Made by a program: the position numbers and the translations under genes
The notes under the pieces: model-generated
What the model was told of the DNA's origin: nothing
The model's database searches: none
Seen by the model: only the letters and a program-made list of their open reading frames with translations
Part shown: piece by piece, positions 52,234-61,733 of the stretch
How the letters are laid out: every line of letters begins with the position of its first letter
Numbering within the stretch: position 1 is the first letter of the stretch
Assembly (NCBI GenBank): GCA_963720565.1
Contig: CAVRFW010000009.1
Coordinates: 96,001-160,000 of the forward strand
Direction: 5' to 3'
DNA: 64,000 bases
Origin: Candidatus Bathyarchaeota archaeon
GTDB taxonomy: Archaea > Thermoproteota > Bathyarchaeia > Bathyarchaeales > Bathycorpusculaceae

Positions 52234-53467
52234 ATGCTAAGACGACTACTGTCAGGACTCACTCTAAGAGCTGCGTTTCTGAGTGTAATGATAGTGTCCA
52301 ATGCGTTCGTTTGGTATTACCTTGTAGACGACATTATTGTAGGACTGTCAGCAACACTATCCAATGACTATATTACCCAGTTGCAGATATGGGCAACGTA
52401 TTTTGCCGCGCTCATCGGAGCAGCTTTTGTTGGAGCGCACCTGTCAAGTAGGTTTGAGAGCAAGAAACGATTTCTTTCTATTTGGATGCTTTTGGGAGTC
52501 GTTTTACCTTTTGTTTCCCTTTTGGTCAATCCACAGAACGTTTGGGAGTTAATTCTGCTGGGAATCGGTTTCAGCGTTTCCTTAGGTTTTGGATTGCCCT
52601 GCTGCATGGAGTATTTCACGAGTTATAACTCGGTGGAAACACGCGGGAGAATAAGTGGTTTTGTTTTTCTCTTCACGGGTTTGTGTGTCGTAATGTTGAC
52701 AAGTATTCCAGACGGCGACCTTCTTACACAGACCCTGATTGCTTCAATATGGAGGACTATAGGGTTGCTATCCTTCGGTCTCGTAAAGTCCAGCAAAATC
52801 TAGGGTCTCTGAAGGCAAAGCGACCTCTTATAATTCGATACTCAGGGATCGATCTGTCCTTCTGTACTTAGTTCCCTGGATAATGTTCTCCCTAGTAAAT
52901 TACCTCGCTGCACCAGTATTAGACAGGGTGTTCAGTGACGCGTCGATGGCGGATACTTTAGATACTCTGTCTTTAGTCGAGAACGGCTTAGCAGGAGGCT
53001 TTGCAGTCGTTGGAGGGTTCTTGGCGGATGCAGTCGGACGCAAACGCATGGCAATTACTGGGTTTGTTGCGCTTGGTCTTGGTTATGCAATTTTGGGTAT
53101 ATCACCTTTAGATCTTAATGCGTGGATTTTCCACACTATTGCCGACGGTTTAGCTTGGGGAATGCTGTTAGTGTTGTTTGTTACAACACTGTGGGGTGAT
53201 TTAAGCCACAATACACCAAGCGAAAAGTATTATGCAGTGGGCGTTTTCCCCTTTTTCTTGTCAAGATTTCTTCCTTGGGTAATTAAGGATCAACTCGTTA
53301 ATGCAATTCCTGATTCCGCAATCTTTTCTTTCACAGCCTTCTTCTTGTTCATAGCAGTTCTGCCATTGGTTTATGCGCCTGAGACTCTGCCTGAAAAAGT
53401 CATGAAGAAAAGAGAGCTCACGCTTTATGTCGCGAAAGCTCAGGAAATCGCGGAAAAATACTATTAA
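52234..53467 (+). CDS. MFS transporter (frameshift near 52787)
   Basis: ORFs 52234-52803 and 52883-53467 join via ..RDRSVLLYLVPWI. Motif A GFLADAVGRK, RGRISG and C-terminal APETLP. Confidence 0.8.
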
Positions 53468-53492
53468 ACTCGTATCTCGTTTACGATAATCC

Positions 53493-54617
53493 ATGTTCTT
53501 CCACGTAATCCTAACGACTGAATGTAACTTGCAGTGCCGTTACTGCTTTGGTGAGACGCTTGAAGATTTCGATGAGGATTTCGCCGAAATGGATGTGGAT
53601 TATTCCCTTCCAAAAAAGGTTGCTTACGATTTCAAATTGCTTGCTAGGTTTTGCGGGCGAGATTCCGAATGTGTCTTGACTTTCTATGGAGGAGAACCCC
53701 TCCTCTGTGTTGATGAGATAAAGCAGATTATGGATTTGGCGAAGCCGCGTCACTTCATGATCCAAACAAACGGGCTTTTCCTGGATCGTTTGCCTGCTGA
53801 GTATGTTAACCGTTTTCATACGATTCTTGTTTCTATCGACGGGGAAGAGGCTTTGACCGATTCTTGCCGGGGGAAAGGCACTTTCAGGAAGGTCGTTGAT
53901 AACTTGAAGTTGATTATGCGGAACGGTTTCAGCGGAGAGTTGATTGCGAGGATGACGGTTATGGAACCAACGGACATTTACAAGCAAGTGACGTGGCTGC
54001 TAAGCAACGATGAGTTTTCGTTTTCTTCTGTTCACTGGCAGTTGAATGCTGGTTTCTGGGGAAACGATTATTCAAGGCGAGACTTCAAACGGTGGAGCGA
54101 GTCGTCCTATATTCCAGGTGTCGAAAGGTTGGTGCATTTCTGGGTTGACCAAATGGAAACGCATGGAAAAGTGGCTAAACTTTATCCCTTACTGGGAATT
54201 GCCAACTCACTCCTGCGAGGCGAGAAGGAGAGTTTGCTCCGGTGCGGGGGCGGATGGATAAACTACGCGGTGCAAACCGACGGTTACATTATTCCGTGCC
54301 CTACAATGTGGGGAATGAAAGACTACTACGTTGGACACCTAAGCAATGCGAACCCGCTTACCCTCAAGAAGTTCTTCGTCGGTGTGCCATGCAGTGAATG
54401 TGAAATTCTGAATGTATGCGGAGGCCGTTGCCTCTACGCGAACATAACCAATCGCTGGAACAGAGAAGAATACGCCACAGTATGCAACACTGTGAAAGGG
54501 CTGATAAACGCCGTGAATATGGAGCTGCCGCGCATAAAACGACTGATAGGGGAGAAAAAAGTGGGCTTGAAGGACTTTGAATTCGTGAAGTACAACGGGT
54601 GCGAGATAATCCCTTAA
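53493..54617 (+). CDS. Radical SAM/SPASM enzyme, AF0577 (TIGR04084)-like putative peptide modifier
   Basis: CNLQCRYC, FYGGEPL, QTNG and SIDG. SPASM Cys CGGG..DG.I.PCP..CSEC..CGGRC, with C-terminal NGCEIIP. Confidence 0.85.
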   Translation: MFFHVILTTECNLQCRYCFGETLEDFDEDFAEMDVDYSLPKKVAYDFKLLARFCGRDSECVLTFYGGEPLLCVDEIKQIMDLAKPRHFMIQTNGLFLDRLPAEYVNRFHTILVSIDGEEALTDSCRGKGTFRKVVDNLKLIMRNGFSGELIARMTVMEPTDIYKQVTWLLSNDEFSFSSVHWQLNAGFWGNDYSRRDFKRWSESSYIPGVERLVHFWVDQMETHGKVAKLYPLLGIANSLLRGEKESLLRCGGGWINYAVQTDGYIIPCPTMWGMKDYYVGHLSNANPLTLKKFFVGVPCSECEILNVCGGRCLYANITNRWNREEYATVCNTVKGLINAVNMELPRIKRLIGEKKVGLKDFEFVKYNGCEIIP

Positions 54618-55326
54618 GTTCTCGAATAGTCCTTCGCCTGTTTTTCGCTCACGGGATAACTTGTATCACTCGATTTCAAAGTGGCACTTGAAACCGCGCC
54701 TATGCGCAGTCGCCTTGATTCCCTTCTTCCTTCCGCACTATCTGGCAGTCTTCGGATAGCTATATCGTTTCCCTCTTGAAAGTCTTAACTTCGTAGCAGT
54801 TTAGCTTGGCTAATCTGTGCGTACTCAGCAATGTGTGCTATCGATCGCTAGGGCCGCTATAGTGGGCACTCGCGAAATCGCTAATTTTGTTAAGTGCCTA
54901 TTCTTGGTTATTTTAGGTTTTAGGCTATTGAAACATGGATTTTTTGGATTTTATCCAATTTTTAAGGCTATTTTCGTTTTATAAGACTAAGATGGGCTCT
55001 GAAGGCATGTGGACACACGACACATCGAGGTATCGAGTGGAAAACCTCATGATAGTGTTCTTCTGGTTGGGTTGTCTGTTCTTTTTGGTCTTTTCGTGCT
55101 TCATACTTGTGTGGGTAGTTGAATGTTATTGGAAGGCTTTTCTGTTGTGCGGTTGTCTCATTGTTAATAGCCCGATTGTGCTGTGTTTCACATCAAGGTT
55201 TGTGGAAATATGTTTCAGCAATTTCTTCTTCCATCCACTAACGCGAAACGAGCAAGAAGAAGAAAAACGGCCGAGGGACTGTATTGCTTCTGTTCTTTTT
55301 CTTCTATTCTACAGAGTGTATTCTTT

Positions 55327-55511
55327 GTAGCAGTATCCCACTGATTTTGATGGGCGACTACTACCAGCTTGGATTGTGCGGAAGCCTGTATTGTCCGCTT
55401 GAGCCTGGTTTCACACCTGCAAAAATCCGACTCACACTTTTTGTTCTTCATGTTCTTTTCTTGGATTTATTGGTAGTAGTCGTCTTCTGATTTTCTTACG
55501 GGACGACTACT
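55327..55511. repeat. Two related imperfect palindromes (GTAGYAGT..CTGATTTT..CGACTACT), 146 bp apart
   Basis: 55327-55364 GTAGCAGTATCCCA-CTGATTTTGA-TGGGCGACTACTAC and 55473-55511 GTAGTAGTCGTCTT-CTGATTTTCTTAC-GGGACGACTACT. Confidence 0.6.
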
Positions 55512-55687
55512 TTCAGTTTAGTTTTTAGTATACACTCGAACTAGTTGCTGTGTTCCTTCGCCAACAGCATCCTAAATCTATTTCTTTTACCTCTATCCAT
55601 GGTCCAGCCTCTGACGCCGTTTGGAGCATAGTCTACCACAGGTCCACCGATGAAGGTTCGAATCCGATTAATTGCTTGAGCCCTTTC

Positions 55688-56396
55688 TCATAGCAAGAAA
55701 CTTCCCAAGGCATACCCGACAATTATTATTCCAATCAATAGGAAAGCAACTCCGAAACCCTTGGTCAGCCACTCGCCCTTCTCGGATATTCTTTGAGTTA
55801 TCAGCTTACGCGTGGTTGTCAGCACAGTGCTAAGAAAAATCACTGGTAACGCATGGCCCAGACCGAACATGAGAAGCAACAGTCCTCCATGGAAAGGAGT
55901 CGGGGCAGTAAGCATTGTTAAGAGGACCGCAGGCAAGACAATCGAAAGGGAGCATGGGCCTAAAGCCACAGAAATCACCACTCCAAATAGAAAAGAGCTA
56001 ATGGCGTAGTTGTATTTGGAAAAACGTGTTAGTGCAGTCAGTTTTAAACTGTTGGTACGTTCATTTATGGTACTTCCTACTCCGGTTTTCAATCCAATCT
56101 TTTTGAAAAAGCCAAGGTTGTTGAGGCCGAAAAGAATCAGGAGGACACCCGACGCACCTAAGAACAACTGATAGTTAAGTAATTCTAATGGAACCAGAGA
56201 GGTTATTGCGAACCCGATTAAGAAGAAGACTAAACACATGGCTGCTGCAAAGCTGCTGCCGATAATGAAGCCCTTTAAGGCGTTTTTGCCAATTCCAACA
56301 GAGTAAGCTAAGATAGACTGATATCAAGGCGATTGAGCAAGGCGACAGAAAAGTCGCGATTCCCAGAAAGAATAAGCTTGTGTAAGCCTCAAGCAC
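55688..56396 (-). CDS. ccdA: CcdA/DsbD-beta-like disulfide-transport membrane protein (frameshift near 56300)
   Basis: FLSPCS in ORF 56175-56396 and GPCS..FGLG..LP in ORF 55688-56239. Confidence 0.8.
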
Positions 56397-56403
56397 GTTA
56401 CCG

Positions 56404-57111
56404 CTAAGCCTCTAGTAACTGATTAATTTTTGAGGATAGGGTATTTGCGTCTACGCCGCCGCTGAAGACCTGTGCAACATTGAAGTTTTTGTCGATTAGA
56501 ACGATGGATCCGTCTCCAATTTCATAGGGTACATAAGCGTTAACGATGTCAAGTACACTGTCAGCGTAGTCATTTCCCAAGGGCCAGGTAACACCGTAAT
56601 TAGAGCGTATTTGATCAAGTGCACTGTTTTCGCATGTAGCCACGGCAACTGTTAGGAAACTGGCTGACTCATTGCCTTTGCCGCAATAGCTGGTGCAGAC
56701 GCTTTTTATTTGAGCAAGCTGATACTCGTTCACTGGGTATATTTGTCCTCCGCAGCCAACCGACATGAAGTGGATTCCGATTACCTTGTCATTAAACTGG
56801 CTTAAGGCTACTGAAGTTCCGTTAATATCTGCGAGCGAGAAATTGGGCGCTGACCCTGTGGTTGGGAGGTCATTGTTTGTGCCACCTATTGTTGGAGGTT
56901 TTTGTCCTTCATAATACTGCCATATACCATAGGCTGTTAACACCAAAACAATCAGAGCCACTCCGTAGAATATTCTTTGCACCTGGAATTTTTGTGATTT
57001 TTTCTTCTGATTGCGTTCGTTTTGTGCTTGATATGCTTGCTGAGCCCTCTGTTGTTTTATTTGCCTTTCACGTTGTTTTGCCTTGAGGCTCTTCTTCTCT
57101 TCTTTTGGCAT
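56404..57111 (-). CDS. Membrane-anchored redoxin (TlpA/ResA-like), no canonical CxxC
   Basis: Basic N-terminus, one TM helix, APNFSL.DING..V.LSQF..K and IVLIDK. Upstream of ccdA. Confidence 0.7.
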   Translation of the reverse strand: MPKEEKKSLKAKQRERQIKQQRAQQAYQAQNERNQKKKSQKFQVQRIFYGVALIVLVLTAYGIWQYYEGQKPPTIGGTNNDLPTTGSAPNFSLADINGTSVALSQFNDKVIGIHFMSVGCGGQIYPVNEYQLAQIKSVCTSYCGKGNESASFLTVAVATCENSALDQIRSNYGVTWPLGNDYADSVLDIVNAYVPYEIGDGSIVLIDKNFNVAQVFSGGVDANTLSSKINQLLEA

Positions 57112-57233
57112 TGTCTTTCACCGCGCATGATTCTGTTTAGAAGATATAGCATAATAAAATTTAAATATTGTTCTACACTTGAGTAGAAACGCACTGAGAA
57201 AGTCAAAAGGTAAATCGAAGGGAGACATTTGCA

Positions 57234-57491
57234 ATGGTAAGAACAGTGAATTTGGAAGTTTTTATTCCCACAGATAAATGCGCTTGTCATTATACAGATT
57301 TCACGCAAAAAGTTTTTCAAGCCATAGAGCCTCACAAAGACATGGTTAATGTAGAGATTAAAAGGCTTAATTCACCTGACAGCGTCAAGTATGGGATCAA
57401 AGACTTAGCCATAGTCATAAACAAAAAAACAGTATTGTCTGCCAGTTTCAAAGAAGAAGAACTCTTGGATTTAATATCACCGTACTTTTAG
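57234..57491 (+). CDS. Small thioredoxin-fold-like protein with CxC
   Basis: EVFIPTDKCAC..KYGI..AIVIN, with GGGAG upstream. Confidence 0.55.
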   Translation: MVRTVNLEVFIPTDKCACHYTDFTQKVFQAIEPHKDMVNVEIKRLNSPDSVKYGIKDLAIVINKKTVLSASFKEEELLDLISPYF

Positions 57492-57558
57492 ATGATATGA
57501 CACCTTCAGTTGCATTTCATTCATGGTGCAGTACCGGACAAAATAGGGCGAAAACAAA

Positions 57559-57893
57559 ATGGGTGAAGGCCATGTCAGGGTTAAGAGCTGGGAGGAATTC
57601 AAACGGTTAGTAAGAGAAAAGAAACCAGGCTCGATCGTGTTTATTCTGGAACAAAATGGCTTCTCGCCAAATAAGGAACTTACCTTGCTCAGACTCATTA
57701 TGCTCCATGATAGACGCTACTACATTTTCATAGACTCTCCCGGAGGCGGAGAACACGCTTAGAGGAACTGGGCTTCCATTTCACAAAGACAAGAATGGAA
57801 TCCCCAACTTGGATGAGGATGAAGTCAAAGCGTTTCTTGAAAAAGAGTTCGGGAAAGAGAACGTGAGAAGTTTATTCATTCTGGACAATCTAG
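57559..57893 (+). CDS. Hypothetical protein (frameshifted)
   Basis: ORF 57559-57762 continues out of frame as ..TGLPFHKDKNG..EVYSFWTI*. Confidence 0.55.
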
Positions 57894-58003
57894 CGCAATT
57901 TAGTAAAACCCGTGATCTATGAGGCTCTAGCGCGGTACTGAATAGTGACAAAATTTAAATGTTGATTTTCTCGTTACCGCTAAAATGAAGACGGGTGATG
58001 ACA

Positions 58004-58316
58004 GTGTCTGAAGAAATGTTTCACGGCGTTGCCAGAAGTAAGATACCCTGGTATCCTGTTATAGACTATGAAAAATGCTTAAGCTGTGGAAAATGTGTAA
58101 GCTTCTGTAAACATGGCGTGACTTGAATCTGAAGATTTCAACGGTAAAAAGAAGTCAATAGTCAAGAATCCAAACAACTGTATTGTATACTGCAATGAAT
58201 GTGACAAGATCTGCCCATCTGGTGCCATTAAGCATCCTTCAAAACTGGAAACAGGAAAGATCATTAGCATACTGCGAAGGGCAAGAACCGTCAAAAAGGC
58301 ACACAATCAGTCCTGA
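58004..58316 (+). CDS. 2x[4Fe-4S] ferredoxin (frameshift near 58120; absent from the ORF track)
   Basis: IPWYPVIDYEKCLSCGKCVSFC, then after the shift NCIVYCNECDKICPSGAI. GGTGA SD. Confidence 0.8.
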
Positions 58317-58431
58317 ATAGTTGCCAGTGCCTAAAACAGGATGACTGAGCTTGTAACCGCGAGAGTAACATAAGCGGCAGTCACAGGTCTGATAGAAGGC
58401 GTGTGTGCATTTTGTCTTGGGAATCTGAGTT

Positions 58432-59085
58432 TTAGGTGTCGCTCATGCCATGGACTCCAATTCCGTACCACATGAAAACTTTAGCAATAACTGGAATTAT
58501 GACTCCGGCAGCCATACGTGTTAGGACGGTAAGCAAGAAGGCATCCATTCCAGTCATCACGTTTGAAGGCGAAAGTTGAAACATCCCAAAAAGCAACACG
58601 CCACCCACAGTTGTAGACACTACTCCGGCGATGACCATTCTGCGAAAGTTCTCAGAACGTTTGTTCAAAGCTCCAGCCATATATCCTATCAGCATAGCGC
58701 TGAGGAGCCAGCCAAGCATGGTTGGGCCAAAACCCATGGTTCCAAAATGACCAGTGGCTTGAGATGCCCCGCCAAACTTGACGGCAAACCACATCGCGTA
58801 GATGCTGCCTAATAGAAAGCCTGAGGCGCCGCCTGCCCATCGGTTCCAGACAAGCCCAAGCAACAACGGAACCGCAACGATGATGACTAGTTCCTCAATT
58901 TCGCTTATTATTCCAAATACAATCCCAAAAGATTCGAATCCTCCCCCTTGGCTCATCAGGAAGGGCGTTACCTGTGAAAGACCAACTATAACCAAAATCA
59001 CGACAAGAGGCGCAATAATCCCGTAGATGATGTCGCTTCGATTCCAATCTTTCCATCCTAATGTCCACAAAATGCACACTCTCAT
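58432..59085 (-). CDS. Membrane protein (ECF S-component-like topology), paralogue of 62516-63118
   Basis: About 6 TM helices with PLLLGLVWNRWAGGASGFL.GS and SAMLIGY.AGALNKRS. Confidence 0.6.
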   Translation of the reverse strand: MRVCILWTLGWKDWNRSDIIYGIIAPLVVILVIVGLSQVTPFLMSQGGGFESFGIVFGIISEIEELVIIVAVPLLLGLVWNRWAGGASGFLLGSIYAMWFAVKFGGASQATGHFGTMGFGPTMLGWLLSAMLIGYMAGALNKRSENFRRMVIAGVVSTTVGGVLLFGMFQLSPSNVMTGMDAFLLTVLTRMAAGVIIPVIAKVFMWYGIGVHGMSDT

Positions 59086-59110
59086 TTCAGTTTCATATTC
59101 CGTTTGACTG

Positions 59111-59530
59111 CTATATAGTTATCTCGGGTTTAATTACTAATTCAGCTTTTATTGATTGGGCTACAAGACTGAACTTTTCTGCTAACGTTAGAGCACGTCT
59201 AACCGCCTTTTCTCCGCAGTCACGAACTTCTATCTTTGGTCTAAGCACTATCTTTTTGAAAACCGAAGTGCGATCTAGCAGTTCCTCAACGAAACCTTCT
59301 GCTTCACATTCGTAGGAGACTAAGTCAATCTTCAATTTTTCAACGCTCCAGATGAACATCAACTGGAAACACATATTCAAAGCCCCTACGAAGGCATCCT
59401 CAGGCGTAAGCACATTAGGTTGACCATATAATGCCTCTGGCGCTGAGAAATCCATTTTCGCGCCATTGCTACACGTTATTTCTCCTGCGTGACCGCCCTT
59501 CCACGTGGTTGTTGTCTTGTATGAAGTCAT
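59111..59530 (-). CDS. OsmC/Ohr family protein
   Basis: P....G..TPEDAFVGAL..C. The second Cys position reads EKFSLVAQS. Confidence 0.82.
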   Translation of the reverse strand: MTSYKTTTTWKGGHAGEITCSNGAKMDFSAPEALYGQPNVLTPEDAFVGALNMCFQLMFIWSVEKLKIDLVSYECEAEGFVEELLDRTSVFKKIVLRPKIEVRDCGEKAVRRALTLAEKFSLVAQSIKAELVIKPEITI

Positions 59531-59536
59531 ATCCCA

Positions 59537-59941
59537 TCATCTACCTCGCGCACAGATATCATCCATAGCAGCTGCAATTTCTTCAGCCACCTTCGAGGCT
59601 GCTTCTTTTCCCTGTTCATTTAGTTCTCGCCTTGAACCGGTATCCTTCACATCCCATTTTTTCAGCAGATCGGAAACTATTATTGAACGTGCTGTTTTTC
59701 CACTGTACTTCTCTATAGCGTGCCCGGCGCATCTTTTCTCGCAGCCCTCAACCGCTATTGTTGGAAAGAGCTTGGCGAACATTCGCTCACCCTTCTCTCC
59801 AATTGAGAAAAGAGGAAGACAGATCGTTACAGTATTATCCGGTCTTAATTTTTCTAATACAAAACGAGTGGCTATCCTAGAGATAGTTCCTTCAACGCAA
59901 CATTCGCCACTGCAGGAGACAACTCCGATCTTGCGATGCAC
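59537..59941 (-). CDS. DGC-domain putative zinc-binding protein
   Basis: SCSG, TICL and IAVEGC..RCA. Confidence 0.8.
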   Translation of the reverse strand: MHRKIGVVSCSGECCVEGTISRIATRFVLEKLRPDNTVTICLPLFSIGEKGERMFAKLFPTIAVEGCEKRCAGHAIEKYSGKTARSIIVSDLLKKWDVKDTGSRRELNEQGKEAASKVAEEIAAAMDDICARGR

Positions 59942-60352
59942 TCATGAAACAACACCTTTATGGTTCAATTCATCTACCTTCGATGCAATCTTCTCAGCCA
60001 ATATCCGAGCTAGTTTTCGTCCGTCCTCGTCAAGAAAGGTTACATCGTTAGGTTTCAGGTTCCTGTTTTCCCTGAGGATGTCGATTACTCTGAAATTTGC
60101 GACTAATTTGGCATCTGAGTGTTCAAGGCTTTTCTTAGCACATTCATTAGGGCAGCCGTCGACGGCTATGCATCTGTGAGATTTGACCGAGAGTTTGGCA
60201 TCTTCATCCCCCATTACAAGGAGGGAGAGACAGATGGTGTCTGTTTCACCCTTCTTCAGGTCTTCGACAACGCAGTATGTTGCCTCTCTGCTGATGGTTC
60301 CGAATGGTTTTCCTATGCCACTGCATGGAATGATGAAGAAAGGATCAGACAT
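59942..60352 (-). CDS. DGC-domain putative zinc-binding protein
   Basis: PCSG, TICL and IAVDGCP..CA. Confidence 0.8.
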   Translation of the reverse strand: MSDPFFIIPCSGIGKPFGTISREATYCVVEDLKKGETDTICLSLLVMGDEDAKLSVKSHRCIAVDGCPNECAKKSLEHSDAKLVANFRVIDILRENRNLKPNDVTFLDEDGRKLARILAEKIASKVDELNHKGVVS

Positions 60353-60355
60353 ATC

Positions 60356-60817
60356 TTATGCCTCTCTTTTACTCTTCTCATCTTTGATCTTTGATTTCAT
60401 TAATTCAAAATATTTTTCTGCAGTCATAAGGTACCGTTTGTCTTCTTCAAGATGGGAGGGGGAGACTAAGGCTATCCAACCTTCGCCATAGGGGTCCTCG
60501 TTAATCAATTCAGGCTTATCCTTAAGCATGGTGTTGACTTCTGTGATGACACCGTCGAAGGGAGAGGCTATGGACACGATTGCCTTTATTGTTTCGAAAC
60601 TCGAGATCTCCTCATCTTCTCGTTTTACAGTGGTTCCCTTTTTGGGGAGGGCAAAAAACGTAACATCTCCGCTTCGTCTTTGAAGGAAGTCTGTTACACC
60701 GATTTGAGCTTCGCCGTCCTTAATCTTAGTCCAAACATCGTTCTCGGTGTAGAGAAGCCCCTTCTTCACATTGAAGATGAACTTGTCGGCTACTTCTTGA
60801 TAGAAATCGTCGCTCAT
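60356..60817 (-). CDS. Glycine-cleavage H-like lipoyl carrier protein
   Basis: IGVTDF, ETIKA (lipoyl-Lys position), SP..G...EVN and PELINEDPYGEGW. Confidence 0.85.
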   Translation of the reverse strand: MSDDFYQEVADKFIFNVKKGLLYTENDVWTKIKDGEAQIGVTDFLQRRSGDVTFFALPKKGTTVKREDEEISSFETIKAIVSIASPFDGVITEVNTMLKDKPELINEDPYGEGWIALVSPSHLEEDKRYLMTAEKYFELMKSKIKDEKSKREA

Positions 60818-60952
60818 TTTTATCAGCCCAATATATTAGCGCATCGCCTGTTTGACGGCGGTTATTTCCAAAAGAAATAAGAATATTTAAATATTGTTAT
60901 TTAACGCATATTTGCCAACAAGAAAGCACTGTGAAAACAAGAGGCGACACTT

Positions 60953-61246
60953 GTGAAAGAAGAAAAATTTGAAGGCGTCCCTCGAAACAAAATACCATGG
61001 GCGCCAAAGATAGACTATGAAAAATGTATTACTTGCGGAAAATGCGTAGACTTCTGCCACAATCGCACGTTCGAATTTGAAGAGAAAGAAGGCAAGAAGA
61101 GAACCGTCGTGAAGGACAAGAATGCGTGTGTTGTATTTTGTAGAGGCTGCGAAGATATTTGTCCTGTCGGCGCCATCACGCATCCTTCAGAAAAGAAAAC
61201 CCGAAGAATAATTGAAAAACTGAAGAAAACCAAAGCTAAACCGTGA
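60953..61246 (+). CDS. 2x[4Fe-4S] ferredoxin
   Basis: CITCGKCVDFC and CVVFCRGCEDICP. Confidence 0.88.
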   Translation: MKEEKFEGVPRNKIPWAPKIDYEKCITCGKCVDFCHNRTFEFEEKEGKKRTVVKDKNACVVFCRGCEDICPVGAITHPSEKKTRRIIEKLKKTKAKP

Positions 61247-61280
61247 TATTGACTCTAACAAGAATGGAAGGTGGATCGAT

Positions 61281-61661
61281 TTGGTTGATACAGATGGTCC
61301 TTGGTTTCCAATAATTTTTTCCGAAAAGTGCGATGGGTGTGCTGGAACTGGAAAACCCCGTTGCGTAGAATTCTGCCCAAATGGAGTTTTCACGATTGAG
61401 GACGGAAAAGCGATAGTTGCTTATCCAGCTAAGTGCGGCGGCGATTGCAGTACAATTCATTGTTCAGCATGTGCTCCTCTATGTCACAATAAGGCTATAA
61501 GCTTCCCAATAGGAGCTGGACACGATGCGAAGTTGATGGCGTCGGATAAAAAGGATCTCATCCGAAAAACTACATGTGAAGCATGCAAAAAACAGTATTG
61601 GACAAATAGAGAGGATAATATTTGTTTTGATTGCGAAAAGAATCGGAGCCCCCTGATTTGA
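61281..61661 (+). CDS. Ferredoxin-like protein with C-terminal CxxC..CxxC zinc ribbon
   Basis: CDGC..CVEFCP, CSACAPLC and CEAC..CFDC. Confidence 0.75.
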   Translation: MVDTDGPWFPIIFSEKCDGCAGTGKPRCVEFCPNGVFTIEDGKAIVAYPAKCGGDCSTIHCSACAPLCHNKAISFPIGAGHDAKLMASDKKDLIRKTTCEACKKQYWTNREDNICFDCEKNRSPLI

Positions 61662-61733
61662 TCGTTTGGGGTTCAAAAGACACTACAGCAGATTTAACTA
61701 TGAGACTACATTTGTCTATGACCGTTAACTAAG

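Noticed and set aside
54935..55490. ORFs 54935-55330, 55215-55451 and 55284-55490 as genes
   Set aside because: Their F/L/C-rich composition just reflects the T-rich strand, and there are no motifs or convincing start signals.
55327..55511. Mini CRISPR array
   Set aside because: Only two divergent copies about 108 bp apart, and no cas genes.
55655..55665. GGTTCGAATCC, resembling a tRNA T-loop
   Set aside because: The flanks give only 2 bp of T-stem and there is no acceptor, D or anticodon arm.
58100..58130. In-frame TGA in the ferredoxin as selenocysteine
   Set aside because: The TGA is not at a Cys position and homology resumes in a different frame.
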